Positions 49,215-63,534 are shown, counted from the stretch's first letter. The stretch: 64,000 bases of DNA from Leidyana gryllorum EB-2025a (GCA_048772705.1 JBLWGC010000002.1:124001-188000); one strand, 5' to 3'. A program made the numbers and translations. Notes: generated by a model from the sequence alone, not told the origin.

Positions 49215-49510
49215 AACGACCAGAGTGACTTCTGGACTGTTCTGAAGGGTTTTATAACCTTGACTGTGTCGAGCAAACCACTACTACCCCGTACCAACCA
49301 CAGTAGCTCCTACCGAGCCGGCAACGACCGCTGCTGCCACTCAGCCCACCGGACAGTCAGCGCCGTTGGCACCACTCAGCTGCTTCCTTCGGGCACGGAC
49401 GAGTGAGAGAAACCCACTATTTGCGACGAAGATGTCTTGATCATAATCGGGTTTGAACCCGCTCATCTCAACGTTGTTGTCAATGGGCGCCAAATCGCCG
49501 AGCTTTGGAT
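49215..49510 (+). pseudogene. Decayed 3' fragment of the vWA gene (also at ~51931, 54647, 57363, 60066, 62856)
   Basis: Matches 46544-46855 (NDQSDFWTVLKG...NVVVNGRQIA) but carries deletions and a TGT>TGA stop (gacgagtgagag). Confidence 0.88.
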
Positions 49511-49893
49511 GTGCACTACCATGTTGCGAATCTGATCGTATTATCAGCTACTTTACCATCCATTATCGTCATCAATGAGACCTAAGTACTACTTTATCGT
49601 TGCCGCACACGTTCGCAAACTAAGCAGACACACGGTTTCAGCACACACGCACACCAAACAGGACTGTTGGTACAGCCAAACGACTTCTTTTGGCTTTATA
49701 CCACACAGATTCACCTCATGTCAGCCCCTCAAGTTCATTTCGGGAGTTTGGAAGAGGTATGGCTGACCGATGAATTAAGAATTTAATGGATTGATCTATC
49801 AAATCTTATTGATTGATTATTGGGGCAGATCGTAGAGATGGGTGAACGTATCAGTAGGGAAACCTTGGAACTAGAAGTGGAACCGAAGTGCCG

Positions 49894-51772
49894 ATGATGA
49901 TGATGAACACATCAGTGCTTGGAGCTATTTCTATCTTCATGAGCGCCACCGCCGAAGGCAACACTATTGTTATGCCGTACATGGACTATGAAATCGTATT
50001 CGAGAACCTCGAGAATGTCGTCCGCCCTACAGCTCAAACACACGTACAACCTAAAGTCTTTCCTGGTACGCACAAATCTATGTTCCACACACCACTCTTT
50101 CAACTTACAGGAAACCTCAAAATACGTGATCGTACATCCCATATGTCCTTCAGTCTCCCCCTGGAGACAGAGATGACGCTATTACGTCGTTTGACCAATC
50201 AACCTCTTTTGGTCGTTGGATCGTACGAAGATGCCGACTTGGCCGCTTGGCCCGAGCAAAATATAGTTGAAGAATGTAAGTTTGTCTAACAGGACATGTT
50301 CCCATGCTACGATCAGTGGAGGAAAATGCTGTGCTGCCTGTCGAATCTCAAGGCGAAGAGCAGTTGGATGGATTCGCTTTTGCAGGAAATGTTGTGCTCC
50401 CCGTCACCCCGGACGAAGAGCAGTTGGATGGATTCGCTGTTGAGGAAATCGCTTTTTTGCCGGCCGAATCAATTGCTGAGGAGGAGGAAATCAATGAACC
50501 CGCTGACGAGTTGGTTGAAGATGAGAAGTTCAACGGGTTCGCTGTTGAAGCCGATGCTCTCACCCTGGAATCCGACGCGGAGGAGCAATTGGACGGATTC
50601 GTTGTCGCAGAAAATGCTGCTGGAGCCATCGAAGCCAGCAGCGAGGAGGAGGTGAATGGATCGATTGTTGAACAGAATATTGTACTACCGATCGGATCGG
50701 ACGAAGAGCATCTGGACGGTTTTGCTGTTCTTGTGGAGTCCAACGAGGGAGAGCAGTTGGACGAAATCGCTTATGAGGAGGAGGCTGTCGTTTCAGTCGA
50801 GTCAAACGACGACGACGAAGCCCAGTTGGATGGGTTCTCGGTTGAGGAACCCGCGAACGCTGCGGTACAGAAGATACCCAGCGACATCGAAAGCAGTGAT
50901 GGTGAGGAAGATCAGCCGTTACACGCAATATCCCGTCCTTTTTCAGTCGACACCTTTGAAGCTCCTTTGTTAGACATCATTGCTGATGCTGAACCCACTG
51001 CATCAGAAGAAACAGTTAGTGGTCAGTCCGCCCTCTCCGACACCGAAGGTAGGCACGCGCAGTTTCTTCGAATTCAACATCGTGCAGAAGTAGTTGGGGC
51101 ACAGAACTCCGACCACGATGCAGAAAGCGCTGCCAAAGAGCCGCAGCCTGAATGTGAGTGTAGCCGTGGAATGCAGTGTCAGACAGCAGATTCTTTCAGT
51201 CCCGCGCCGCGACATTGTAGTCCAAACTTCCCCAGAAATCTCGCAGTATCTGCCGCTCATCCTGAATGGTCAGAGCGCTCATGGAAGTACCGATGAGTCG
51301 ATGGAAGTGTCAATTGGTGAGTGGGCTGTCGGATTGATCAGTGAATATTGAATCCGCAGTGACCGAAGTGGTGGAGGAACTTGAGGCCGTTGAGGCGGAG
51401 AAGAATAGAGTACCGGGCTCTTTGATTTTATGGCCTGAGTCCATTCCGAAGGGTCCCGCGCTCACCACCAATCATCTTCGATCTGCCCATGACGAAGCCG
51501 CTCGTCACGGAAGGAGTCTGATGGGGAGCTGGGCAGACTATCTGGCCGGCCTTGTACCCACTTGGGACGAATTGAAGTTTACGTTCCTTGGAATCTCTGA
51601 TCTTGGATACAGCCCGGATTTTATGGATGAAGGATTCCTGAGATCAGTGCATCGCTTCCTCAGAGATGGCGGTTTCACTGCGCACGCAATTACTGTGAGC
51701 GTGGCACTGATCAGTATTGTCGGTGTGTCCCTTTTGACTGTACGTGCCCGTCATCCCAGCGAGCAGCTGTAG
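49894..51772 (+). CDS. Acidic-repeat membrane protein, copy 2 (~554 aa)
   Basis: Same exon structure as copy 1 with one extra 21-aa repeat. Confidence 0.8.
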
Positions 51773-52609
51773 TGACAGGTGTGTCCCTTTTGACTGTACG
51801 TGCCTGTCATCCCAGCGAGCAGCTGTAGTGACATCAACTGACGTTCATAAAGTGTGTGTATATTTAATAATTTCGACTCCGAACGAAGTAGTTAAACACC
51901 TTCGAACACATTGTCAATACCCTCATTGCGAACGACCAGAGTGACTTCTGGACTGTTCTGAAGGGTTTTATAACCTTGACTGTGTCGAGCAAACCACTAC
52001 TACCCCGTACCAACCACAGTAGCTCCTACCGAGCCGGCAACGACCGCTGCTGCCACTCAGCCCACCGGACAGTCAGCGCCGTTGGCACCACTCAGCTGCT
52101 TCCTTCGGGCACGGACGAGTGAGAGAAACCCACTATTTGCGACGAAGATGTCTTGATCATAATCGGGTTTGAACCCGCTCATCTCAACGTTGTTGTCAAT
52201 GGGCGCCAAATCGCCGAGCTTTGGATGTGCACTACCATGTTGCGAATCTGATCGTATTATCAGCTACTTTACCATCCATTATCGTCATCAATGAGACCTA
52301 AGTACTACTTTATCGTTGCCGCACACGTTCGCAAACTAAGCAGACACACGGTTTCAGCACACACGCACACCAAACAGGACTGTTGGTACAGCCAAACGAC
52401 TTCTTTTGGCTTTATACCACACAGATTCACCTCATGTCAGCCCCTCAAGTTCATTTCGGGAGTTTGGAAGAGGTATGGCTGACCGATGAATTAAGAATTT
52501 AATGGATTGATCTATCAAATCTTATTGATTGATTATTGGGGCAGATCGTAGAGATGGGTGAACGTATCAGTAGGGAAACCTTGGAACTAGAAGTGGAACC
52601 GAAGTGCCG

Positions 52610-54488
52610 ATGATGATGATGAACACATCAGTGCTTGGAGCTATTTCTATCTTCATGAGCGCCACCGCCGAAGGCAACACTATTGTTATGCCGTACATGG
52701 ACTATGAAATCGTATTCGAGAACCTCGAGAATGTCGTCCGCCCTACAGCTCAAACACACGTACAACCTAAAGTCTTTCCTGGTACGCACAAATCTATGTT
52801 CCACACACCACTCTTTCAACTTACAGGAAACCTCAAAATACGTGATCGTACATCCCATATGTCCTTCAGTCTCCCCCTGGAGACAGAGATGACGCTATTA
52901 CGTCGTTTGACCAATCAACCTCTTTTGGTCGTTGGATCGTACGAAGATGCCGACTTGGCCGCTTGGCCCGAGCAAAATATAGTTGAAGAATGTAAGTTTG
53001 TCTAACAGGACATGTTCCCATGCTACGATCAGTGGAGGAAAATGCTGTGCTGCCTGTCGAATCTCAAGGCGAAGAGCAGTTGGATGGATTCGCTTTTGCA
53101 GGAAATGTTGTGCTCCCCGTCACCCCGGACGAAGAGCAGTTGGATGGATTCGCTGTTGAGGAAATCGCTTTTTTGCCGGCCGAATCAATTGCTGAGGAGG
53201 AGGAAATCAATGAACCCGCTGACGAGTTGGTTGAAGATGAGAAGTTCAACGGGTTCGCTGTTGAAGCCGATGCTCTCACCCTGGAATCCGACGCGGAGGA
53301 GCAATTGGACGGATTCGTTGTCGCAGAAAATGCTGCTGGAGCCATCGAAGCCAGCAGCGAGGAGGAGGTGAATGGATCGATTGTTGAACAGAATATTGTA
53401 CTACCGATCGGATCGGACGAAGAGCATCTGGACGGTTTTGCTGTTCTTGTGGAGTCCAACGAGGGAGAGCAGTTGGACGAAATCGCTTATGAGGAGGAGG
53501 CTGTCGTTTCAGTCGAGTCAAACGACGACGACGAAGCCCAGTTGGATGGGTTCTCGGTTGAGGAACCCGCGAACGCTGCGGTACAGAAGATACCCAGCGA
53601 CATCGAAAGCAGTGATGGTGAGGAAGATCAGCCGTTACACGGAATATCCCGTCCTTTTTCAGTCGACACCTTTGAAGCTCCTTTGTTAGACATCATTGCT
53701 GATGCTGAACCCACTGCATCAGAAGAAACAGTTAGCGGTCAGTCCGCCCTCATCGACACCGAAGGTAGGCACGCGCAGGTTCTTCGAATTCAACATCGCG
53801 CAGAAGTCGTTGGGGCACAGAACTCCGACCACGATGCAGAAAGCGCTGCCAAAGAGCCGCAGCCTGAATGTGAGTGTAGCCGTGGAATGCAGTGTCAGAC
53901 AGCAGATTCTTTCAGTCCCGCGCCGCGACATTGTAGTCCAAACTTCCCCAGAAATCTCGCAGTATCTGCCGCTCATCCTGAATGGTCAGAGCGCTCATGG
54001 AAGTACCGATGAGTCGATGGAAGTGTCAATTGGTGAGTGGGCTGTCGGATTGATCAGTGAATATTGAATCCGCAGTGACCGAAGTGGTGGAGGAACTTGA
54101 GGCCGTTGAGGCGGAGAAGAATAGAGTACCGGGCTCTTTGATTTTATGGCCTGAGTCCATTCCGAAGGGTCCCGCGCTCACCACCAATCATCTTCGATCT
54201 GCCCATGACGAAGCCGCTCGTCACGGAAGGAGTCTGATGGGGAGCTGGGCAGACTATCTGGCCGGCCTTGTACCCACTTGGGACGAATTGAAGTTTACGT
54301 TCCTTGGAATCTCTGATCTTGGATACAGCCCGGATTTTATGGATGAAGGATTCCTGAGATCAGTGCATCGCTTCCTCAGAGATGGCGGTTTCACTGCGCA
54401 CGCAATTACTGTGAGCGTGGCACTGATCAGTATTGTCGGTGTGTCCCTTTTGACTGTACGTGCCCGTCATCCCAGCGAGCAGCTGTAG
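52610..54488 (+). CDS. Acidic-repeat membrane protein, copy 3 (~554 aa)
   Basis: Same structure as copy 2, with a copy-1-like patch near 53730-53810. Confidence 0.8.
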
Positions 54489-55325
54489 TGACAGGTGTGT
54501 CCCTTTTGACTGTACGTGCCTGTCATCCCAGCGAGCAGCTGTAGTGACATCAACTGACGTTCATAAAGTGTGTGTATATTTAATAATTTCGACTCCGAAC
54601 GAAGTAGTTAAACACCTTCGAACACATTGTCAATACCCTCATTGCGAACGACCAGAGTGACTTCTGGACTGTTCTGAAGGGTTTTATAACCTTGACTGTG
54701 TCGAGCAAACCACTACTACCCCGTACCAACCACAGTAGCTCCTACCGAGCCGGCAACGACCGCTGCTGCCACTCAGCCCACCGGACAGTCAGCGCCGTTG
54801 GCACCACTCAGCTGCTTCCTTCGGGCACGGACGAGTGAGAGAAACCCACTATTTGCGACGAAGATGTCTTGATCATAATCGGGTTTGAACCCGCTCATCT
54901 CAACGTTGTTGTCAATGGGCGCCAAATCGCCGAGCTTTGGATGTGCACTACCATGTTGCGAATCTGATCGTATTATCAGCTACTTTACCATCCATTATCG
55001 TCATCAATGAGACCTAAGTACTACTTTATCGTTGCCGCACACGTTCGCAAACTAAGCAGACACACGGTTTCAGCACACACGCACACCAAACAGGACTGTT
55101 GGTACAGCCAAACGACTTCTTTTGGCTTTATACCACACAGATTCACCTCATGTCAGCCCCTCAAGTTCATTTCGGGAGTTTGGAAGAGGTATGGCTGACC
55201 GATGAATTAAGAATTTAATGGATTGATCTATCAAATCTTATTGATTGATTATTGGGGCAGATCGTAGAGATGGGTGAACGTATCAGTAGGGAAACCTTGG
55301 AACTAGAAGTGGAACCGAAGTGCCG

Positions 55326-57204
55326 ATGATGATGATGAACACATCAGTGCTTGGAGCTATTTCTATCTTCATGAGCGCCACCGCCGAAGGCAACACTATT
55401 GTTATGCCGTACATGGACTATGAAATCGTATTCGAGAACCTCGAGAATGTCGTCCGCCCTACAGCTCAAACACACGTACAACCTAAAGTCTTTCCTGGTA
55501 CGCACAAATCTATGTTCCACACACCACTCTTTCAACTTACAGGAAACCTCAAAATACGTGATCGTACATCCCATATGTCCTTCAGTCTCCCCCTGGAGAC
55601 AGAGATGACGCTATTACGTCGTTTGACCAATCAACCTCTTTTGGTCGTTGGATCGTACGAAGATGCCGACTTGGCCGCTTGGCCCGAGCAAAATATAGTT
55701 GAAGAATGTAAGTTTGTCTAACAGGACATGTTCCCATGCTACGATCAGTGGAGGAAAATGCTGTGCTGCCTGTCGAATCTCAAGGCGAAGAGCAGTTGGA
55801 TGGATTCGCTTTTGCAGGAAATGTTGTGCTCCCCGTCACCCCGGACGAAGAGCAGTTGGATGGATTCGCTGTTGAGGAAATCGCTTTTTTGCCGGCCGAA
55901 TCAATTGCTGAGGAGGAGGAAATCAATGAACCCGCTGACGAGTTGGTTGAAGATGAGAAGTTCAACGGGTTCGCTGTTGAAGCCGATGCTCTCACCCTGG
56001 AATCCGACGCGGAGGAGCAATTGGACGGATTCGTTGTCGCAGAAAATGCTGCTGGAGCCATCGAAGCCAGCAGCGAGGAGGAGGTGAATGGATCGATTGT
56101 TGAACAGAATATTGTACTACCGATCGGATCGGACGAAGAGCATCTGGACGGTTTTGCTGTTCTTGTGGAGTCCAACGAGGGAGAGCAGTTGGACGAAATC
56201 GCTTATGAGGAGGAGGCTGTCGTTTCAGTCGAGTCAAACGACGACGACGAAGCCCAGTTGGATGGGTTCTCGGTTGAGGAACCCGCGAACGCTGCGGTAC
56301 AGAAGATACCCAGCGACATCGAAAGCAGTGATGGTGAGGAAGATCAGCCGTTACACGCAATATCCCGTCCTTTTTCAGTCGACACCTTTGAAGCTCCTTT
56401 GTTAGACATCATTGCTGATGCTGAACCCACTGCATCAGAAGAAACAGTTAGTGGTCAGTCCGCCCTCTCCGACACCGAAGGTAGGCACGCGCAGTTTCTT
56501 CGAATTCAACATCGTGCAGAAGTAGTTGGGGCACAGAACTCCGACCACGATGCAGAAAGCGCTGCCAAAGAGCCGCAGCCTGAATGTGAGTGTAGCCGTG
56601 GAATGCAGTGTCAGACAGCAGATTCTTTCAGTCCCGCGCCGCGACATTGTAGTCCAAACTTCCCCAGAAATCTCGCAGTATCTGCCGCTCATCCTGAATG
56701 GTCAGAGCGCTCATGGAAGTACCGATGAGTCGATGGAAGTGTCAATTGGTGAGTGGGCTGTCGGATTGATCAGTGAATATTGAATCCGCAGTGACCGAAG
56801 TGGTGGAGGAACTTGAGGCCGTTGAGGCGGAGAAGAATAGAGTACCGGGCTCTTTGATTTTATGGCCTGAGTCCATTCCGAAGGGTCCCGCGCTCACCAC
56901 CAATCATCTTCGATCTGCCCATGACGAAGCCGCTCGTCACGGAAGGAGTCTGATGGGGAGCTGGGCAGACTATCTGGCCGGCCTTGTACCCACTTGGGAC
57001 GAATTGAAGTTTACGTTCCTTGGAATCTCTGATCTTGGATACAGCCCGGATTTTATGGATGAAGGATTCCTGAGATCAGTGCATCGCTTCCTCAGAGATG
57101 GCGGTTTCACTGCGCACGCAATTACTGTGAGCGTGGCACTGATCAGTATTGTCGGTGTGTCCCTTTTGACTGTACGTGCCCGTCATCCCAGCGAGCAGCT
57201 GTAG
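55326..57204 (+). CDS. Acidic-repeat membrane protein, copy 4 (~554 aa)
   Basis: ORF translations identical to copy 2. Confidence 0.8.
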
Positions 57205-58041
57205 TGACAGGTGTGTCCCTTTTGACTGTACGTGCCTGTCATCCCAGCGAGCAGCTGTAGTGACATCAACTGACGTTCATAAAGTGTGTGTATATTTAAT
57301 AATTTCGACTCCGAACGAAGTAGTTAAACACCTTCGAACACATTGTCAATACCCTCATTGCGAACGACCAGAGTGACTTCTGGACTGTTCTGAAGGGTTT
57401 TATAACCTTGACTGTGTCGAGCAAACCACTACTACCCCGTACCAACCACAGTAGCTCCTACCGAGCCGGCAACGACCGCTGCTGCCACTCAGCCCACCGG
57501 ACAGTCAGCGCCGTTGGCACCACTCAGCTGCTTCCTTCGGGCACGGACGAGTGAGAGAAACCCACTATTTGCGACGAAGATGTCTTGATCATAATCGGGT
57601 TTGAACCCGCTCATCTCAACGTTGTTGTCAATGGGCGCCAAATCGCCGAGCTTTGGATGTGCACTACCATGTTGCGAATCTGATCGTATTATCAGCTACT
57701 TTACCATCCATTATCGTCATCAATGAGACCTAAGTACTACTTTATCGTTGCCGCACACGTTCGCAAACTAAGCAGACACACGGTTTCAGCACACACGCAC
57801 ACCAAACAGGACTGTTGGTACAGCCAAACGACTTCTTTTGGCTTTATACCACACAGATTCACCTCATGTCAGCCCCTCAAGTTCATTTCGGGAGTTTGGA
57901 AGAGGTATGGCTGACCGATGAATTAAGAATTTAATGGATTGATCTATCAAATCTTATTGATTGATTATTGGGGCAGATCGTAGAGATGGGTGAACGTATC
58001 AGTAGGGAAACCTTGGAACTAGAAGTGGAACCGAAGTGCCG

Positions 58042-59907
58042 ATGATGATGATGAACACATCAGTGCTTGGAGCTATTTCTATCTTCATGAGCGCCACCGC
58101 CGAAGGCAACACTATTGTTATGCCGTACATGGACTATGAAATCGTATTCGAGAACCTCGAGAATGTCGTCCGCCCTACAGCTCAAACACACGTACAACCT
58201 AAAGTCTTTCCTGGTACGCACAAATCTATGTTCCACACACCACTCTTTCAACTTACAGGAAACCTCAAAATACGTGATCGTACATCCCATATGTCCTTCA
58301 GTCTCCCCCTGGAGACAGAGATGACGCTATTACGTCGTTTGACCAATCAACCTCTTTTGGTCGTTGGATCGTACGAAGATGCCGACTTGGCCGCTTGGCC
58401 CGAGCAAAATATAGTTGAAGAATGTAAGTTTGTCTAACAGGACATGTTCCCATGCTACGATCAGTGGAGGAAAATGCTGTGCTGCCTGTCGAATCTCAAG
58501 GCGAAGAGCAGTTGGATGGATTCGCTTTTGCAGGAAATGTTGTGCTCCCCGTCACCCCGGACGAAGAGCAGTTGGATGGATTCGCTGTTGAGGAAATCGC
58601 TTTTTTGCCGGCCGAATCAATTGCTGAGGAGGAGGAAATCAATGAACCCGCTGACGAGTTGGTCGAAGATGAGAAGTTCAACGGGTTCGCTGTTGAAGCC
58701 GATGCTCTCACCCTGGAATCCGACGCGGAGGAGCAATTGGACGGATTCGTTGTCGCAGAAAATGCTGCTGAAGCCATCGAAGCCAGCAGCGAGGAGGAGG
58801 TGAATGGATCGATTGTTGAACAGAATATTGTACTACCGATCGGATCGGACGAAGAGCATCTGGACGGTTTTGCTGTTCTTGTGGAGTCCAACGAGGGGGA
58901 GCAGTTGGACGAAATCGCTGATGAGGAGGAGGCTATCGTTTCAGTCGAGTCAAACGACGACGACGAAGCCCAGTTGGATGGGTTCTCGGTTGAGGAACCC
59001 GTGAACGCTGCGGTAGAGAAGATACCCAGCGACATCGAAAGCAGTGATGGTGAGGAGGATCAGCCGTTACACGCAATATCCCGTCCTTTTTCAGTCGACA
59101 CCTTTGAAGCTCCTTTGTTAGACATCATTGCTGATGCTGAACCCACTGCATCAGAAGAAACAGTTAGTGGTCAGTCCGCCCTCATCGACAGCGAAGGTAG
59201 GCACGCGCAGTTTCTTCGAATTCAACATCGCGCAGAAGTCGTTGGGGCACAGAACTCCGACCACGATGCAGAAAGCGCTGCCAAAGAGCCGCAGCCTGAA
59301 TGTGAGTGTAGCCGTGGAATGCACTGTCAGACAGCAGATTCTTTCAGTCCCGCGCCGTCACACCGACATTATATTCCAAACTTCTCCAGAAATCTCGCAC
59401 TACCTGCCGCTCATCCCGAATGGTCAGCGCGCTCATGGAAGTACCGATGGGTCGATGGAAGTGTCAGTTGATAAGTGGGTTGTCGCCGCAGTGACCGAAG
59501 TGGTGGAGGCACTTGAGGCCGTTGAGGCGGAGAAGAATAGAGTACCGGTGGTTTCTGAGATTGTGTTCCCCGAGCCCATTCCGAAGGGCCCCGCGCTCAC
59601 CATCAATCATCTTCGATCTGCCCGTGACGAAGTCGCTCGTCACGAAAGGAGTCTGATGGGGAGCTGGGCAGACTATCTGGCCGGCCTTGTACCCACTTGG
59701 GACGAATTGAAGTCCACGTTCCTTGGAATCTCTGATCTCGAATACAGCCCGGATGCTATGGATGGAGGATTCCTGAGATCAGCGAGTCGTTTCCTCAGAA
59801 ATGGCGGTTTCACTCAGAACGTAATTATTTTGAGTGTGGCAGTGATCAGTGTTGCCGGTGTGTCCCTTTTGACTGTACGTGCCTGTCATGCCAGCGAGCA
59901 GCTGTAG
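58042..59907 (+). CDS. Acidic-repeat membrane protein, copy 5 (divergent C-terminal half, 4 introns, ~564 aa)
   Basis: ORF 59128-59907 reads through the site of intron 5. Many substitutions and small in-frame indels occur in the 3' half. Confidence 0.8.
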
Positions 59908-60758
59908 TGACAGGTGTGTCCCTTTTGACTGTACGTGCCTGTCATCCCAGCGAGCAGCTGTAGTGACATCAACTGACGTTCATAAAGTGTGTGTATATTT
60001 AATAATTTCGACTCCGAACGAAGTAGTTAAACACGTTCGAACACATTGTCAATATCCTCATTGCGAACGACCAGAGTGATTTCTGGACTGTTCTGGAGGG
60101 TTTTATCGCTTAAATCGAGAACCTTGAGTGTGTCGAGCACACCACTACTACCCCCGTACCAACCACAGTAGCTCCCACCGAGCCGGCAACGACCGCTGCT
60201 GCCACTCAGCCCACCGGACAGTCAGCGCCGTTGGCACCACTCAGCTGCTTCCTTCGGGCACGGACGAGTGAGAGAAACCCACTATTTGCGACGAAGATGT
60301 CTTAATCATAATCGGGTTTGAACCCGCTCATCTCAACGTTGTTGTCAATGGGCGCCAAATCGCCGAGCTTTGGATGTGCACTACCATGTTGCGAATCTGA
60401 TCGTATTATCAGCTACTTTACCATCCATTATCGTCATCAATGAGACCTAAGTACTACTTTATCGTTGCCGCACACGTTCGCAAACTAAGCAGACACACGG
60501 TTTCAGCACATACGCACACCAAACAGGACTGTTGGTACAGCCAAACGACTTCTTTTGGCTTTATACCACACAGATTCACCTCATGTCAGCCCCTCAAGTT
60601 CATTTCGGGAGTTTGGAAGAGGTATGGCTGACCGATGAATTAAGAATTTAATGGATTGATCTATCAAATCTTATTGATTGATTATTGGGGCAGATCGTAG
60701 AGATGGGTGAACGTATCAGTAGGGAAACCTTGGAACTAGAAGTGGAACCGAAGTGCCG

Positions 60759-62697
60759 ATGATGATGATGAACACATCAGTGCTTGGAGCTATTTCTATC
60801 TTCATGAGCGCCACCGCCGAAGGCAACACTATTGTTATGCCGTACATGGACTATGAAATCGTATTCGAGAACCTCGAGAATGTTGTCCGCCCTACAGCTC
60901 AAACACACGTACAACCTAAAGTCTTTCCTGGTACGTACAAATCTACATTCCACACACCACTCTTTCAACTTACAGGAAACCTCAAAATACGTGATCGTAC
61001 ATCCCATATGTCCTTCAGTCTCCCCCTGGAGACAGAGATGACGCTATTACGTCGTTTGACCAATCAACCTCTTTTGGTCGTTGGATCGTACGAAGATGCC
61101 GACTTGGCCGCTTGGCCCGAGCAAAATATAGTTGAAGAATGTAAGTTTGTCTAACAGGACATGTTCCCATGCTACGATCAGTGGAGGAAAATGCTGTGCT
61201 GCCTGTCGAATCTCAAGGCGAAGAGCAGTTGGATGGATTCGCTGATGAAGAAAATGTTCTGCTCGCCGTCACCCCGGACGAAGAGCAGTTGGATGTATTC
61301 GCTGATGCAGGAAATGTTGTGCTCCCCGTCACCCCGGACGAAGAGCAGTTGGATGGATTCGCTGTTGAGGAAATCGCTTTTTTGCCGGCCGAATCAATTG
61401 CTGAGGAGGAGGAAATCAATGAACCCGCTGACGAGTTGGTCGAAGATGAGAAGTTCAACGGGTTCGCTGTTGAAGCCGATGCTCTCACCCTGGAATCCGA
61501 CGCGGAGGAGCAATTGGACGGATTCGTTGTCGCAGAAAATGCTGCTGGAGCCATCGAAGCCAGCAGCGAGGAGGAGGTGAATGGATCGATTGTTGAACAG
61601 AATATTGTACTACCGATCGGATCGGACGAAGAGCATCTGGACGGTTTTGCTGTTCTTGTGGAGTCCAACGAGGGAGAGCAGTTGGACGAAATCGCTTATG
61701 AGGAGGAGGCTGTCGTTTCAGTCGAGTCAAACGACGACGACGAAGCCCAGTTGGATGGGTTCTCGGTTGAGGAACCCGCGAACGCTGCGGTACAGAAGAT
61801 ACCCAGCGACATCGAAAGCAGTGATGGTGAGGAAGATCAGCCGTTACACGCAATATCCCGTCCTTTTTCAGTCGACACCTTTGAAGCTCCTTTGTTAGAC
61901 ATCATTGCTGATGCTGAACCCACTGCATCAGAAGAAACAGTTAGTGGTCAGTCCGCCCTCATCGACACCGAAGGTAGGCACGCGCAGTTTCTTCGAATTC
62001 AACATCGTGCAGAAGTAGTTGGGGCACAGAACTCCGACCACGATGCAGAAAGCGCTGCCAAAGAGCCGCAGCCTGAATGTGAGTGTAGCCGTGGAATGCA
62101 GTGTCAGACAGCAGATTCTTTCAGTCCCGCGCCGCGACATTGTAGTCCAAACTTCCCCAGAAATCTCGCAGTATCTGCCGCTCATCCTGAATGGTCAGAG
62201 CGCTCATGGAAGTACCGATGAGTCGATGGAAGTGTCAATTGGTGAGTGGGCTGTCGGATTGATCAGTGAATATTGAATCCGCAGTGACCGAAGTGGTGGA
62301 GGAACTTGAGGCCGTTGAGGCGGAGAAGAATAGAGTACCGGGCTCTTTGATTTTATGGCCTGAGTCCATTCCGAAGGGTCCCGCGCTCACCACCAATCAT
62401 CTTCGATCTGCCCATGACGAAGCCGCTCGTCACGGAAGGAGTCTGATGGGGAGCTGGGCAGACTATCTGGCCGGCCTTGTACCCACTTGGGACGAATTGA
62501 AGTTTACGTTCCTTGGAATCTCTGATCTTGGATACAGCCCGGATTTTATGGATGAAGGATTCCTGAGATCAGTGCATCGCTTCCTCAGAGATGGCGGTTT
62601 CACTGCGCACGCAATTACTGTGAGCGTGGCACTGATCAGTATTGTCGGTGTGTCCCTTTTGACTGTACGTGCCCGTCATCCCAGCGAGCAGCTGTAG
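60759..62697 (+). CDS. Acidic-repeat membrane protein, copy 6 (~574 aa)
   Basis: One further 60-nt repeat (DEENVLLAVTPDEEQLDVFA) relative to copy 2. Confidence 0.8.
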
Positions 62698-63534
62698 TGA
62701 CAGGTGTGTCCCTTTTGACTGTACGTGCCTGTCATCCCAGCGAGCAGCTGTAGTGACATCAACTGACGTTCATAAAGTGTGTGTATATTTAATAATTTCG
62801 ACTCCGAACGAAGTAGTTAAACACCTTCGAACACATTGTCAATACCCTCATTGCGAACGACCAGAGTGACTTCTGGACTGTTCTGAAGGGTTTTATAACC
62901 TTGACTGTGTCGAGCAAACCACTACTACCCCGTACCAACCACAGTAGCTCCTACCGAGCCGGCAACGACCGCTGCTGCCACTCAGCCCACCGGACAGTCA
63001 GCGCCGTTGGCACCACTCAGCTGCTTCCTTCGGGCACGGACGAGTGAGAGAAACCCACTATTTGCGACGAAGATGTCTTAATCATAATCGGGTTTGAACC
63101 CGCTCATCTCAACGTTGTTGTCAATGGGCGCCAAATCGCCGAGCTTTGGATGTGCACTACCATGTTGCGAATCTGATCGTATTATCAGCTACTTTACCAT
63201 CCATTATCGTCATCAATGAGACCTACGTACTACTTTATCGTTGCCGCACACGTTCGCAAACTAAGCAGACACACGGTTTCAGCACATACGCACACCAAAC
63301 AGGACTGTTGGTACAGCCAAACGACTTCTTTTGGCTTTGTACCACACAGATTCACCTCATGTCAGCCCCTCAAGTTCATTTCGGGAGTTTGGAAGAAGTA
63401 TGGCTGACCGATGGATTAAGAATTTAATGGATTGATCTATCAAATCTTATTGATTGATTATTGGGGCAGATCGTAGAGATGGGTGAACGTATCAGTAGGG
63501 AAACCTTGGAACTAGAAGTGGAACCGAAGTGCCG

